Shown here piece after piece: positions 20,826 to 31,855 of a stretch of 36,327 nt of DNA (positions are counted from its first letter, which is position 1; each line of letters starts with the position of its first letter). The notes below the pieces were generated by a model. The model was not told the origin of the DNA, made no database searches, and was given only the letters and a program-made list of their open reading frames with translations. Source of the DNA: Histomonas meleagridis 2922-C6/04-290x. Lineage: Eukaryota; Protista; Parabasalia. The position numbers were made by a program, and so were the translations under genes. Location of the stretch: NCBI GenBank assembly GCA_020184695.1, contig JAANOX010000044.1:1-36327 (forward strand), in the 5' to 3' direction.

Positions 20826-22739
20826 TTACAGTTCTGGGTTATCATCTGAACTTAATTTCTTTGATTTCTTTCTGACAACAACAATTACAGCAGCCACTAT
20901 GGCAGCTACTACAACAACAGCCAGCACTATCATTCCGATGATAAATCCGACGCTTTCTGTAACTGGCGTATTTTGCTCGTCAGCATCTTGTCCACCGGTG
21001 TTTTGCTCACCGCCACTTGTTGTTGCTTGAGATGTTACAGCTGTTGTTGCTTGAGATGTTATAGTTGTTGTTGCTTGAGATGTTACAGTTGTTGTTCTTT
21101 GAGTCGTTATAGCAGTTGTTTCACCTTCTTCTTCATTTAACGGAACTCCATTAATTTTCAGATTTGATTTATTTTCAACATTTTCCCAATTAACGCCATT
21201 TAACACATATGAAACTTCAACATTTTCTTTTATGATGTTAACATTTGGCATAGAATTTGTTGAAATTATTATGTTAAATTTATTCACTGTTGGTTGTATT
21301 TCAATATCTTCAAAATTATTTCTAATAACTTCAGCTCCATTGATAAGAATCTTATCGTTTTGAAACTCGACTTCGGTTATTTCACAATTTTTGATAATAA
21401 TTTTCTTTGCTATTGAAAACGATTGAATTTCCTTTAACGATTTTGTATCGGTAATTAAATTGTTTTTGATCGTTAAATTCTTTGGTGTTTTATCGCCAAT
21501 TAATTTGATTTCTTTTAATTCAAGATCCCATAAATTAACATTATATACGTTCTTGAAGCCTAATGGCAAATGATAAAGTTTTGTTAACGTACGTTCATCA
21601 TTAATTTCATTTTCATTGATATTGTTTATATATAATGGCGATTCATCTTCTGTTCGAATTAAATGGTTCTTCTTGAGTAAAGTAGCAGGACTAATGTATG
21701 GTAAACTTGATTCACCAGGTGAATCTGCGTATCGGGTTAATAATATATTGATTTCGTCACTTTCAATTTGATCACAAAAATTATTAAGTGAGCGTTGATA
21801 TGTCATTACACTACATTCCTTCGAACACCAATCTTCAGAATTAGAGTAATAACATGAGCAGGCATAGTTGGGGAAGCAATTAATTGCCCAAAATTCATAT
21901 TCAATTTGATCATTGGAAAATGAAACAGAGACTTTGCAACGTGTCCCAACATCAATTTTTGTCATGTCTTGAATCTCTAAGACAATTTTTTCGGAATCTA
22001 AATATATCTGATTTGTGGAAAGAACAGAACCATCACATGTAACAACGCCCGTAGTATCATCAGGGAAAGATACTCCGAATTTAGCTGATAATGAAATACG
22101 TGGATAAATTAATCGTAATGGAACTGGTCCTGGAGGTGGATATGCTATATAATCTCGCTTAACAGAATAATTGTATTCAACACCTATTACGGTTTGAGTG
22201 GTATAAACATCATAAAAACCAACGGCGCTTTCAGCTAAAGTTGGATAGAATATCCATGAACGATGTCCAACTTCTAAGTTATTTGCACCTTTATCTTGGA
22301 TAAAGGCATCTATAGAATGCTGTGGAGTAACACTACCTTTGTTAATGTTCGATTGTTGAAGTGCTTTAACACCATCTTCAAGACAACAAAGATCTTTTGC
22401 ACATGTTATATAATGGCCATACTCATCATTTAGTGACATTGCCATAGATCCTCTTTGAGCTGATATTTGCTTATCAGCTCGATTATAAGTAATAGAAGGA
22501 AGACCTACTAAGTTCCGATAAAAATTGGTGCGGCGTTCAGTATCATCGACAGCTACTGGGTTCATAATGCCAAGATCACATGAATTAGGATCAGATGGTG
22601 CAATCCATGTCCACCCTGATTGAGCAATGTATTGTGATTTCATCATAGAACACACCTCTTCATCTGTTCTCTTTTGCATTTCCTGAAAATGATCAGGAGT
22701 GAAGGCATTAATAAAGGAGAAGAAAGAAAACAAAAACAT
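20826..22739 (-). CDS. CAP/SCP-domain type I surface protein with T/S/Q-rich stalk
   Basis: First ATG at 22739 (track start is TTG) gives the signal MFLFSFFSFINA. CAP motifs RTNFYRNLVGLP, EYGH and GHRSWIFYP. TM segment VGFIIGMIVLAVVVVAAIVAAVIVVV followed by RKK. Confidence 0.8.
   Translation of the reverse strand: MFLFSFFSFINAFTPDHFQEMQKRTDEEVCSMMKSQYIAQSGWTWIAPSDPNSCDLGIMNPVAVDDTERRTNFYRNLVGLPSITYNRADKQISAQRGSMAMSLNDEYGHYITCAKDLCCLEDGVKALQQSNINKGSVTPQHSIDAFIQDKGANNLEVGHRSWIFYPTLAESAVGFYDVYTTQTVIGVEYNYSVKRDYIAYPPPGPVPLRLIYPRISLSAKFGVSFPDDTTGVVTCDGSVLSTNQIYLDSEKIVLEIQDMTKIDVGTRCKVSVSFSNDQIEYEFWAINCFPNYACSCYYSNSEDWCSKECSVMTYQRSLNNFCDQIESDEINILLTRYADSPGESSLPYISPATLLKKNHLIRTEDESPLYINNINENEINDERTLTKLYHLPLGFKNVYNVNLWDLELKEIKLIGDKTPKNLTIKNNLITDTKSLKEIQSFSIAKKIIIKNCEITEVEFQNDKILINGAEVIRNNFEDIEIQPTVNKFNIIISTNSMPNVNIIKENVEVSYVLNGVNWENVENKSNLKINGVPLNEEEGETTAITTQRTTTVTSQATTTITSQATTAVTSQATTSGGEQNTGGQDADEQNTPVTESVGFIIGMIVLAVVVVAAIVAAVIVVVRKKSKKLSSDDNPEL
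21020..21115. repeat. 24-bp coding tandem repeat x4 (TTxVTSQA)
   Basis: ttgttgcttgagatgtta(c/t)ag(c/t)tg units at 21020, 21044 and 21068, plus a diverged unit at 21092. Confidence 0.9.
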
Positions 22740-24542
22740 TGTGAAATTTGCGTTGTTTTGCCTCAATTGTTGTCAGTTCTGTCAAACGATACACTGGAAA
22801 ACTGTGTAATTCCCTCAAAAAAGTTAGGTTAACAGTTTGCATTTGGTTGTAAAATAAGCACTTTTCGGTCTAATATAGAATTAGGCTCAAAAAGTGGGAC
22901 TTAATTTAAGGTTGTCTGTAAAGAACTGTGGAGCACTCCAATCTTATTTCACACAAATTTTTCTCAACGAATTATCAATATTTTTAGATTTTGATTATAT
23001 TAATCTTTAGAACAATGAAGGGTGGTTTGATTATTGCATAAAATATCATTTTTAATGATAGTTGGTAATTACAAAATTTTTGAACTCAAAACTTAAACTT
23101 TATCTTAATGATAGATTTCTAAATCTACATTAAGGCGTATCTTCAAATATATTAGAGTTATATTTTAATTTATTTAACTTACCAAAATATTTAATAGTTG
23201 TTTGATTTTATACTAATTGATATTGTTTTTTGCAAACCTGACACACAATTTTCCTTAACACTTTATTATCTTCTTGTTTATATATTGAATTTTATATTAT
23301 TATAATTATATGAAAAATTCTTATAATCATCTAATAATTTGACTGCAAAATTATAAGATTTCTTACTCTGATTGTTTCTCAAAAATGAACATTATACATT
23401 GGAGGAAATAATTTTCTATTGGAAAATAATTATTATTCTAAATTACCCAGTTTTTGAATTTTATTTAAAAATACATTAAAAATTATCGAAGAAAATCATT
23501 AAAAAAATTTGTTTGAAATTCATATTATATGATTTTTAGAAGATCCTAAAATTCGAGTAATTCTTCTAAGAATTTCAAAATATAAAAAGATATAATCAAA
23601 TTTTTACGATTCTTCATAAAATTAATGAAAATATTTACATTCAGTTTTGTAGAGAAATTAGAAATATTTGCTAAATTTATATAAATGCATCTATTTCTCT
23701 AATGATTTAAATAATATAATATCATCTTGTGCTCATTTCATATAAAATTGATATAAAGTAATTTATAAAATTGATCACATTATAAGAATATTGAAATCAA
23801 AATATACATTCTATATGTAAGTTTTATCAATTAATTATATATCTTTTGACAATATGAAGAATAAATATATTTAAAATGGGTTGATAAAAATTCAAAAATT
23901 TTAGATTTTAACTTGTTCGAACAAGTATGCAATTTGCGCTCAATCTTTTACATCTCATTATTGACTGTAATGATTGTAAAAAACATAACAACGATTGGAA
24001 ATTTTGCATTTTGTTATTGTACTTCATTAACAAGTTTTGAAATTCTATCTTCAGTAACAACAATTTGAAATTTTGCATATCAAGACTTATTAGATACAGT
24101 AATCACTGAACATTAATAAATTCCACTTTTTCTTATGATAACTTCTTCAAACAATCAAAAATACTATTGTAATCGCTGTTTTAATGGTCTTTTTTGTAAT
24201 TAGTAAGAGAAATATCAAACAAAACAGTGAAGGAAAATATGATGAAGAAATAGATGCTGATCGATAAAAGAAGCAAAACTAATAATAAACAATAGTTTTC
24301 ATATCACATTTTTTCCTTAAATATTATTTCACGTATAAACAACATTATGAATGGTTTAAATGTAAATAATATTACATTCAGATGAAAATTCAAAGATCAT
24401 TCATTTACGTGAACAAAATCATTATCATATGAGATACAAATTATTATAGTTATTACTTCAGCTTAAAATCTAGTACAGTAGATAATGAAAAATTTCATTA
24501 AATAAAAATTAGCTAAATAAGAAAACGAAAAGTTTAGTTTAT

Positions 24543-25217
24543 TTAAATAGTTATATCAGTTAAATCTAAAGTATCATCTGAAAGAGAAAATGAAAACAAT
24601 GTTGTTTGCTTTTTCTGTTGTGTCGTATCAGAATTACTTGAATTGTTGATGTTAGTCTTCTCTTCACAGAAGGCTTTACTAATATCTGGAAATACGACTG
24701 ATATTGGTTGGAAATTGTGGTCATTTGAATCCGCTTTTTGTATTAATAAAGAACTGTCAATATATCTTTTGTTAAGCCATTCTCGCATAACGGAGGATGG
24801 GTATGGCCCAACAATTTGATCCATTGGGTCTTTGTAATTCCAAAATGTCATTGAACTCATATCTGAATCATTTGGTAATAATTCATTGTTTGGGGATTCA
24901 CCAGACCATCTACGAGAGTTCTTTTGGGACTGCATTTGTGGTCTTCTTGTGGATTGTTTTCCAGAAGGATTTAAATAAATTGTTGAATTTATTTCTGTTT
25001 TTGGCGGAGTAAAAGTCATACTCTCTGGTTTTTGTGGCTCATTTTCAAATACATTTTGGTATTTCATCAAATCTGCAGGAGGTGATGTCTTTTTTGAAGA
25101 TTCATATAAATCAAGGATTTCTTCAATAGTATATTGTAGTTTATCTTTATCACTTGTGTCGGCACTAGAGCTATCACTAGAATCATCTCCATCTCGAAGG
25201 GAAGAAAACATGCTCAT
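24543..25217 (-). CDS. Small GIGYF-like GYF-domain protein
   Basis: GYF domain WNYKDPMDQIVGPYPSSVMREWLNKRYI. N-terminal QYTIEEILDLY...PADL....VFENEPQKP resembles the GIGYF 4EHP-binding region. Confidence 0.7.
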   Translation of the reverse strand: MSMFSSLRDGDDSSDSSSADTSDKDKLQYTIEEILDLYESSKKTSPPADLMKYQNVFENEPQKPESMTFTPPKTEINSTIYLNPSGKQSTRRPQMQSQKNSRRWSGESPNNELLPNDSDMSSMTFWNYKDPMDQIVGPYPSSVMREWLNKRYIDSSLLIQKADSNDHNFQPISVVFPDISKAFCEEKTNINNSSNSDTTQQKKQTTLFSFSLSDDTLDLTDITI

Positions 25218-25327
25218 TATTTGTGTCAGTTCTATTTTCTTTCAATTTAATTGACATAAAAATGTTTATTCGCAAAGCTAAAAAATAATCATTGTTAATA
25301 ATCTTTCGTTTTTTCAAATTACTGAAA

Positions 25328-25894
25328 CTAACAACACTTATTTCCATTTGATTCTATTGGCTCTAATTCAGTAATAGGTCTAATTCTTTTGGATGTTGAG
25401 ATTAATTCAGCAACTGTTTGGAATAGCTCATTAATTCCAATTCCTTCTTTAGCAGAAACAAAGACCATTTGTAGGTTGTTTGATTTTGCCCAAGCAAAAG
25501 CTTCATCTTTTGGTATTGCAATCGGTAAATCATTTTTATTCCCAACAATAACAATTATACAATCATTAGGTACATTTTGCCTAACTTCATCTAACCAAAA
25601 TTTCATGTTTTCGAAGCTTGTAGGATCAGATAAATCAAAAACTATTATTGCTGCCGAAGCATTTCTTGAATACATTGGTACCAAACTTCTGTATTTTTCT
25701 TGTCCTGCTGTGTCCCATATGTTAATATTAATTTTACCATTTTTTGTTTCTATTGATTTTGTTATGAATGATGCTCCAACTGTTGCTTGATGATCATCAA
25801 AGTAAGTGTCCCTATGATATCTCATAACAATACTTGTTTTCCCAACAGCTGAGTCTCCTACAATAATTACTTTGTACTCTGGGGATTTGGTCAT
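25328..25894 (-). CDS. Rab-family small GTPase (188 aa)
   Basis: GDSAVGKTS, TVGASF, WDTAGQEKYRSLVPMY, VGNKND, VSAK and C-terminal CC prenylation site. The likely start is ATG 25894 (MTKSPEYKV) rather than the track start. Confidence 0.95.
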   Translation of the reverse strand: MTKSPEYKVIIVGDSAVGKTSIVMRYHRDTYFDDHQATVGASFITKSIETKNGKININIWDTAGQEKYRSLVPMYSRNASAAIIVFDLSDPTSFENMKFWLDEVRQNVPNDCIIVIVGNKNDLPIAIPKDEAFAWAKSNNLQMVFVSAKEGIGINELFQTVAELISTSKRIRPITELEPIESNGNKCC

Positions 25895-26084
25895 TTTTAT
25901 ATTTTTGTCGTTACAAACCGTTTTTCTCCCAGAAAGCAAAAGGGGCGCCCTAATTTTAATTGAATATTCAATTACCCACATCACATCTTCTTTTTATTAA
26001 TAAAAAACTTTTGTTGGTTAGTTATATTTGTTTACTACATAAATAAAGATTTTTTATAAGAAAAAAATAAATGAAGGAGCATTT

Positions 26085-26615
26085 TTAAAAAACAATTAAA
26101 TCATCACAATTATTATTATTGTTATTATTATTGTTATCCTTCTTCTCGGGTGAAGGTGCCATTTGCCTAAATTGATTGGCATTCATTGTTGCAGCAGCTA
26201 TCCTTTGTGCAAGCGCTTTCTTTTCATTGTATTGTCGAATGTTCAGATCTTGCATTTCTTTTTTCTGTTGTTGAAGAAGAGATAAATATTCACTGTCATT
26301 TATATCGTCATCGTCTGAATCTGAATCTTCAAGAGATAAAATTGATGCATTTCCAGAAGCAAATACGTCGGTAATTGGTTCGAAACTTGGTCCAGTACTT
26401 GCTGGTGCTGTCTTATAAACTTGTGCTTCTATCATTGCTTTAATAGCATTTGGGTCTATATCAGGGATGGATAAAGTATCAATTAAATCTGCAACAACAT
26501 TGTCTATGTTGTCAAATTTCTTACTGAAAGGGAAATCAACAGACAGGGTTTCGTTTTCATGATTAATTGAAATGTGCACTTTAACTACGGAATCATCATT
26601 TGGGATTTCAGCCAT
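26085..26615 (-). CDS. Hypothetical protein with acidic tract, coiled coil and poly-Asn
   Basis: 176-aa ATG ORF with coding-like composition. The N-terminal VDFPFSKKFDNIDNVVADLIDTL loosely recalls WNK-kinase C-terminal (CCT-like) domains, which is weak evidence. Confidence 0.6.
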   Translation of the reverse strand: MAEIPNDDSVVKVHISINHENETLSVDFPFSKKFDNIDNVVADLIDTLSIPDIDPNAIKAMIEAQVYKTAPASTGPSFEPITDVFASGNASILSLEDSDSDDDDINDSEYLSLLQQQKKEMQDLNIRQYNEKKALAQRIAAATMNANQFRQMAPSPEKKDNNNNNNNNNCDDLIVF

Positions 26616-27103
26616 TTTTTCTGGTCAAAGCTTTTGAATTCAAGACCGTAAATTATCGCTTTTATGAAATTTTGCCAAATAAACAACTCAAAAAATCAAA
26701 CACTTTTTAACGTTCGTTGTTCCTTCTCAGACTCGTTTTACGAACAAGTTTTTCAAGTATGCCTTAGAATTGGGAAAATATAAATGCGAACAACTTTTAT
26801 AGAGAAAAAGGTTTTCATAGTTAGTAGGAATCTAATAAGATTTATATCCTCAAGAAGGAATTATATCAATTTTAAAATTTCTAAACCCAAAATCTTCAAA
26901 TACTCAAAATTCTGATCATACACAATTTTCAATGAACAGTTTTGTTTGAAGATTTGGCCAAAGACAAGAACGCCAGATCAAAACATTTTGGCAATTGATA
27001 ATTATCATTTTGTGCTCAATTGGTAATACGTATTACAAAACGATCATTTGGAACACGAAAATTGTGAATGGAAAAAAAGTTTTTGGACTAATTTCAAGTT
27101 CTT

Positions 27104-28639
27104 TTATTTAGGCATTTTGTATTCTAAGTGCATGTGATTGATTGGTTGAAGGCCTCTGCAAGCTCTAAGTATGTTTTCGATGCAGGCTCTTTGTTGGAAC
27201 AATGAGTTAATAACTGGAGTACCGGGTGGTACTTGAGGAGCCTTTAATAAGAATGAAAGCACTGACATAACACTATGAAAGTGTTCGAAGTCTTTCATTG
27301 TTTCATCTTTGATGTAAATTCTTGTGCACAATTCCATTAATACGACGAGATCCAACATTAATGGTGCAGCGAGTAATGAATCTTCGCATGTGTTGTGGCA
27401 TGAAATTATATTTTCACCACCGCAGAAGATCTTTGAGTCATACTCATCAAGAGCACGTTTAGAATCGCCAACGCTTTTTACGTATTTGATGACAACGATG
27501 TGGTCCGGATGTTCTCCTGGCGCATATAAGATCGGGTTAAGTGTGACCATATCATCAATGACGGATGCCTTTGAGATTTGCTTTGATCTAAAGCAAGCTT
27601 CGAATGATAAGTTAAGCCCATCATTATTACCTAAATGGTTATATGATGTAACTGCTGTAAGTTTAAGTCCTGATGAAATTAAGAAATCAGAAACAACTGT
27701 CTTAAACTTGGTTTGACCTGTCTTGAAATCATCGCCCATGATAATCGCTTTCTTTTGAACGGCATATTGAATAAGACCTGGTACAAAAGTATTTTGTGGA
27801 GATCCATTAATGTATGGAAAGCCTTCTTCAATGGCTGCTAATGCGTATAATGTGGATGGAGATATTTCTGGATGTCCTTCTGCAACGGCTTTAAGAAGAT
27901 TTTCTGGTGTATCATGAACGCCAGGTGTGATCTCGGAATAACGCTCAGTGTTAGCAGACCATAAAATGATGACTTGCTCGAGATTGTTTTGAGACTTGAA
28001 ATCACGCATTTGCTTGCGGAGCTGATCAAGTACTTCTTGTTTGGTACCTTTTAAGGTATTGTTAGCACGCTCTTTCTGGTTGGGTGCAACAAAGGAAAGA
28101 TCAAAGGCAGCTGGAAGTGGTTTCATTGCCTTTAATTCATCTTCGATTTGATGGATTAAACCTGGTTCCATAACATGTGCACGCTTGACAGCAGTGAGCA
28201 TGTCGGCATCACTAATGTCCCAACCAGAAATGACTAAGTCATTTGGTGATACCATTGGAAGAAGATCCTTGAATGCAGCAACAACTTGCTTGCCATTTTG
28301 ATCATCACCCAAATATGTTGTGGAACATTGAGTTAATGAACCATAGTAATTGGCTGATTGTATGCCACGCTTTGTTTCCCATGACAATTTATGCCTGTTG
28401 GCTAAAACACCAGCAGTTAATGTTGTACCATTGTTACCACCAAGACCGACAATCATGACACCAGTTTTTGGAACCTTAGTGATTGTCTTAAATTGGAATT
28501 TCTTTGTGATTGGTTCAATCACGGCTTTGCCATCAGCAGATGTGGTAACTTTTTGTGTATGATAGTCATAATTAGAAATCATGACATCGCCTTCTTGGGT
28601 GACATTTGATGTTTGGACTGAGAACTCAGACGCAAGCAT
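27104..28639 (-). CDS. INO1: Myo-inositol-1-phosphate synthase
   Basis: GLGGNNG, NYYGSLTQ, SGWDIS, LWSANTERY, YINGSPQNT, GDDFKTGQTK, SYNHLGNNDG, GDSKRALDEY, HNTCEDSLLAAP. Confidence 0.98.
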   Translation of the reverse strand: MLASEFSVQTSNVTQEGDVMISNYDYHTQKVTTSADGKAVIEPITKKFQFKTITKVPKTGVMIVGLGGNNGTTLTAGVLANRHKLSWETKRGIQSANYYGSLTQCSTTYLGDDQNGKQVVAAFKDLLPMVSPNDLVISGWDISDADMLTAVKRAHVMEPGLIHQIEDELKAMKPLPAAFDLSFVAPNQKERANNTLKGTKQEVLDQLRKQMRDFKSQNNLEQVIILWSANTERYSEITPGVHDTPENLLKAVAEGHPEISPSTLYALAAIEEGFPYINGSPQNTFVPGLIQYAVQKKAIIMGDDFKTGQTKFKTVVSDFLISSGLKLTAVTSYNHLGNNDGLNLSFEACFRSKQISKASVIDDMVTLNPILYAPGEHPDHIVVIKYVKSVGDSKRALDEYDSKIFCGGENIISCHNTCEDSLLAAPLMLDLVVLMELCTRIYIKDETMKDFEHFHSVMSVLSFLLKAPQVPPGTPVINSLFQQRACIENILRACRGLQPINHMHLEYKMPK

Positions 28640-28643
28640 AAAT

Positions 28644-28649
28644 AAGTGA
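28644..28649 (-). promoter_or_regulatory. Parabasalid-type initiator (Inr) upstream of INO1
   Basis: Minus strand reads TCACTT-ATTT-ATG. Similar TCA(C/T)TT motifs occur before ATGs at 2041, 4031, 32760 and 34778. Confidence 0.6.
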
Positions 28650-29501
28650 GGCCATAACCGATCGATCCATTGAATTTATGTTTTGGTGGTGATTCAAATT
28701 AAATCTAACCGTGTTTTCCCCCAGAAAATGGGATTTGATTTTCAGTCTGTAGAATTTTTAATTGTCCAAAACGCTCTCAAATTTTTTTTTGAGTTAACTC
28801 ACAAAGTTTTTCTGGATTTTTCCATTGAGACAAAATAGAAGAAAAACTACTTATCACTACTTATTATATGAAAAAGAATATTAATAAAAGATAATGATTT
28901 ACTTATGTTTGATTCCTAAAATATTATATATTTTGGGATAAACATTTTTAATCGCAAAAGAAAGTAAGTAAACGTTGTTGCGATCGTAACACAAAAAGTG
29001 AAATGGGCGCAATCCCACATCACTTTTAGGGTTAAAATTTTCATTGATAACGGTTTCCCATCGTATCGTCATTTCTTTTTTTGTCTTGACTTTTTTTAGG
29101 AATAATGCTGAGAATTTTTTAAAAAAATGCAAACATTCAACTCACCACTCAATTTAAAACAATCCACCTTTCTGGATAAAAGTATATAAAATAAAAGAAG
29201 CAACAAACAATGCATTGTTTGGATATCCTAAAAAATCATAAACATTCATGCATAACATTAAATAATTTTATAACATTAAATATTTCATTATTGTTATTAA
29301 AAAGTTTTCAAAGCTCCAAAAAAATATCTATTTCATTGTACAATTAACCAAAGTTATTGTATGTTCTTAGCAGAAACTATTTCTTTCATATTAAAATAGT
29401 TATGAGGATAAAAAAAATACCTTTTGTTAATTTGTATTGAATTAATCGCGATTATATAAACTATTGAAAACTGAGAGCAAGACCATTTCTATTTTTTACT
29501 A

Positions 29502-31855
29502 ATGATAAAAAGAAATCAAACAATGTGGAAAAATGCATTGGAATCACTCGAAGACGTTATCTTTGATTTAAATGAAGATAATATTGATGAAAGTGTTGAA
29601 AGTGCTCTAAATTTGTGCAAAACTTTTTCTTCTTACTCAGACCGAATTCTTAGCACAATAATATATTCATCGTTTGTGGCACAAATGAAAGATTTTAATC
29701 TCTATCTTAATTTCATCCTTAAATATGAAGCCAGAAACAATAAATATAATCATAAATTAATTAAAGTTTTTGCTAAATTTCTTCTTCAGCACCATACCCC
29801 AGAATCTTTTTATCTTCTCAACAAATTAATTGAACATAATTTCATATTGCCAAATGTTGTTAAAGTTTTCAGTTCTTTTTATTTTGCGCATTATTTTAAT
29901 TATTCGGTAAAAACGACAGATTCTTCATATATAAAAAAAAATTATGTTGAACTTTCAAAGAACGATTGGGAACTTCATAAAAGATATGTAAATGAAGGAT
30001 TTAATCCAACAAAAATTGCACAAATTATTCGAAATGATGATTTAGATAAACTTCGAGAACTATATGAAAACAAAAATTTTTATATTGATAAAACAATTAA
30101 AAAATCAATTTATGAGGTACATGGATGCATTAGCTTTAAAAAACTTTCACTTATTGAATATGCAGCATTTTTTGGTTCTATCAAATGTTTTATATTTTTA
30201 CTGGAAAAAGGTGCAAGTTTATGTGAAACAGGTCAATATGCAGTTGCAAATGGGAACCCAACCATTATTCAGTTGTGTAAACAATTTGGTGCAGGTTTTA
30301 ATGGATCTTATGAAAATGCAATAAGATTTCATAGAAATGATATTTTTAAAGTATTATATAAATCTAATCTTGATGATTGTGATATTGATGAGATCCTAAA
30401 TTATTTTACTGGATTTCCTCATAAATGCTATAATATTAAGATTTTTAACTTTTTACTTGAACAAGAAGGATTTGATATTAACGCATTTTTTTCGATTAAT
30501 TTGAGTTTTTTTAATTTTTTTTTGAGATATTAAAATATTTGGATTTTATTTATTTTATTTGATACATTACTTATGGAGCTTGTCGATGATGATGACGACG
30601 ACTTTGTACTAATTAAGTTACTTCTTGAACAAAAAGAAATTGATATTAATGCTAAAAATATTTAATATTTTTTTGTGAAATTTATTTTAATAATTTCATA
30701 TTTCAAAATAATATTTGGAAATCATTTAAATTATTTTATACAGCACTTATGTATGCATCTTTATGTGGTCATACAGAAATAGTTAAATTACTTCTTGAAC
30801 AAGAAGGAATTGATATTAATGCTAAAGATATTTATTTGTTTTATTTGATATTTATTTTAATAATTTGATATTTCAAAATAATATTTGGAAATCATTTAAA
30901 TTATTTTGGACAGCACTTATGAAAGCATCTGAAAAAGGTCATACAAAAATAGTTAAATTACTTCTTGAACAAGAAGGAATTGATATTAATGCAAAAAATA
31001 TATATTTGTTTTGTTTGAAATTTATTTTAATAATTTGATATTTCAAAATAATATTTGGAAATTATTTAAATTATTCGAAACAGCACTAATGGAAGCAACT
31101 AAACAAGGTCACATAGAAATAGTTAAATTACTTCTTGAACAAAAAGGAATCAATGTTAATATTAAACCACATATTTGTTTAATCTGCTTGAAGATTACTT
31201 CTCTCAATTGGTGTTTTAATAAAATATCTAGAAATTATTTAAATTGTTTAAAACACCTCTAATGATAGCATCTATAAATGGTCAAATAGAAATCGTTCAA
31301 TTACTTCTTAAACATAAAGAAATTGATGTAAATGCTAAGGATAATTAATTGCTTTATATAATATTTATTATAATATTTTAGTTTTCTAAAATAATATTTG
31401 GAAATTCTTCAATTTATTTAATACACCACTGATTTTGGCATCTAAAAAAGGAAACAAAGAGATAGCTCAATTACTTCTAGAGCATGAAACAATTAAAGTT
31501 AACATTAAAAATATTCACTTTTTTTGTTTTATATTTCTTTTAGTGATTTTCTATTCCATGTTTATATTTGGTATTATATTAAATTATTTATGACTGCACT
31601 TATGTGTGCAGCAAAAAATAATCAAAAAAAAATAGTTGAATTGCTTCTCGGACAAGAAGGTATTGATATCAATGCAACGAATATTTAATTGCTTTGTTTT
31701 ATATTGATTTTAATGATTTCATATTTCAAAATGATGTTTGGGTTTTGTTTGGGTTGTTTTATACAGCTGTTCACATTGCACTCTTACATAATAACGACCA
31801 GGTATCTCGTCTACTTAAGATTAATGGTGCAATAGAGACTCGTTTTTATCTGTAA
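29502..31855 (+). CDS. DUF3447-like ankyrin-repeat protein (locus C): N-terminal ORF plus 8 spacer-separated ankyrin blocks
   Basis: ORF 29502-30533 has IIRNDDLDKLRE and SLIEYAAFFGSIKCF. Blocks start at 30564, 30740, 30910, 31080, 31253, 31423, 31593 and 31763; the last ends in TAA at 31853-55. Confidence 0.75.

Noticed and set aside
22950-24500. Long AT-rich interval as a possible hidden gene or element
   Set aside because: No ORF of 60 aa or more, and no repeats, TIRs or recognisable decayed motifs found by eye.
6284-25894. Functional cluster of membrane-trafficking genes (BLOC1S1, TM9SF, C2, TBC, Rab)
   Set aside because: They are interspersed with unrelated genes on both strands, and such families are greatly expanded in parabasalids, so co-occurrence is expected by chance.
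27324-28562. Short ORFs overlapping INO1 (also those overlapping TM9SF, C2-TerD, Rab and the EF-hand gene)
   Set aside because: These are shadow ORFs of strongly conserved genes, with no motifs of their own.
30660-31762. CRISPR-like array (regular repeat/spacer period)
   Set aside because: The 90-nt repeats encode ankyrin motifs, the spacers are homologous to one another, the context is eukaryotic and no cas genes are present.
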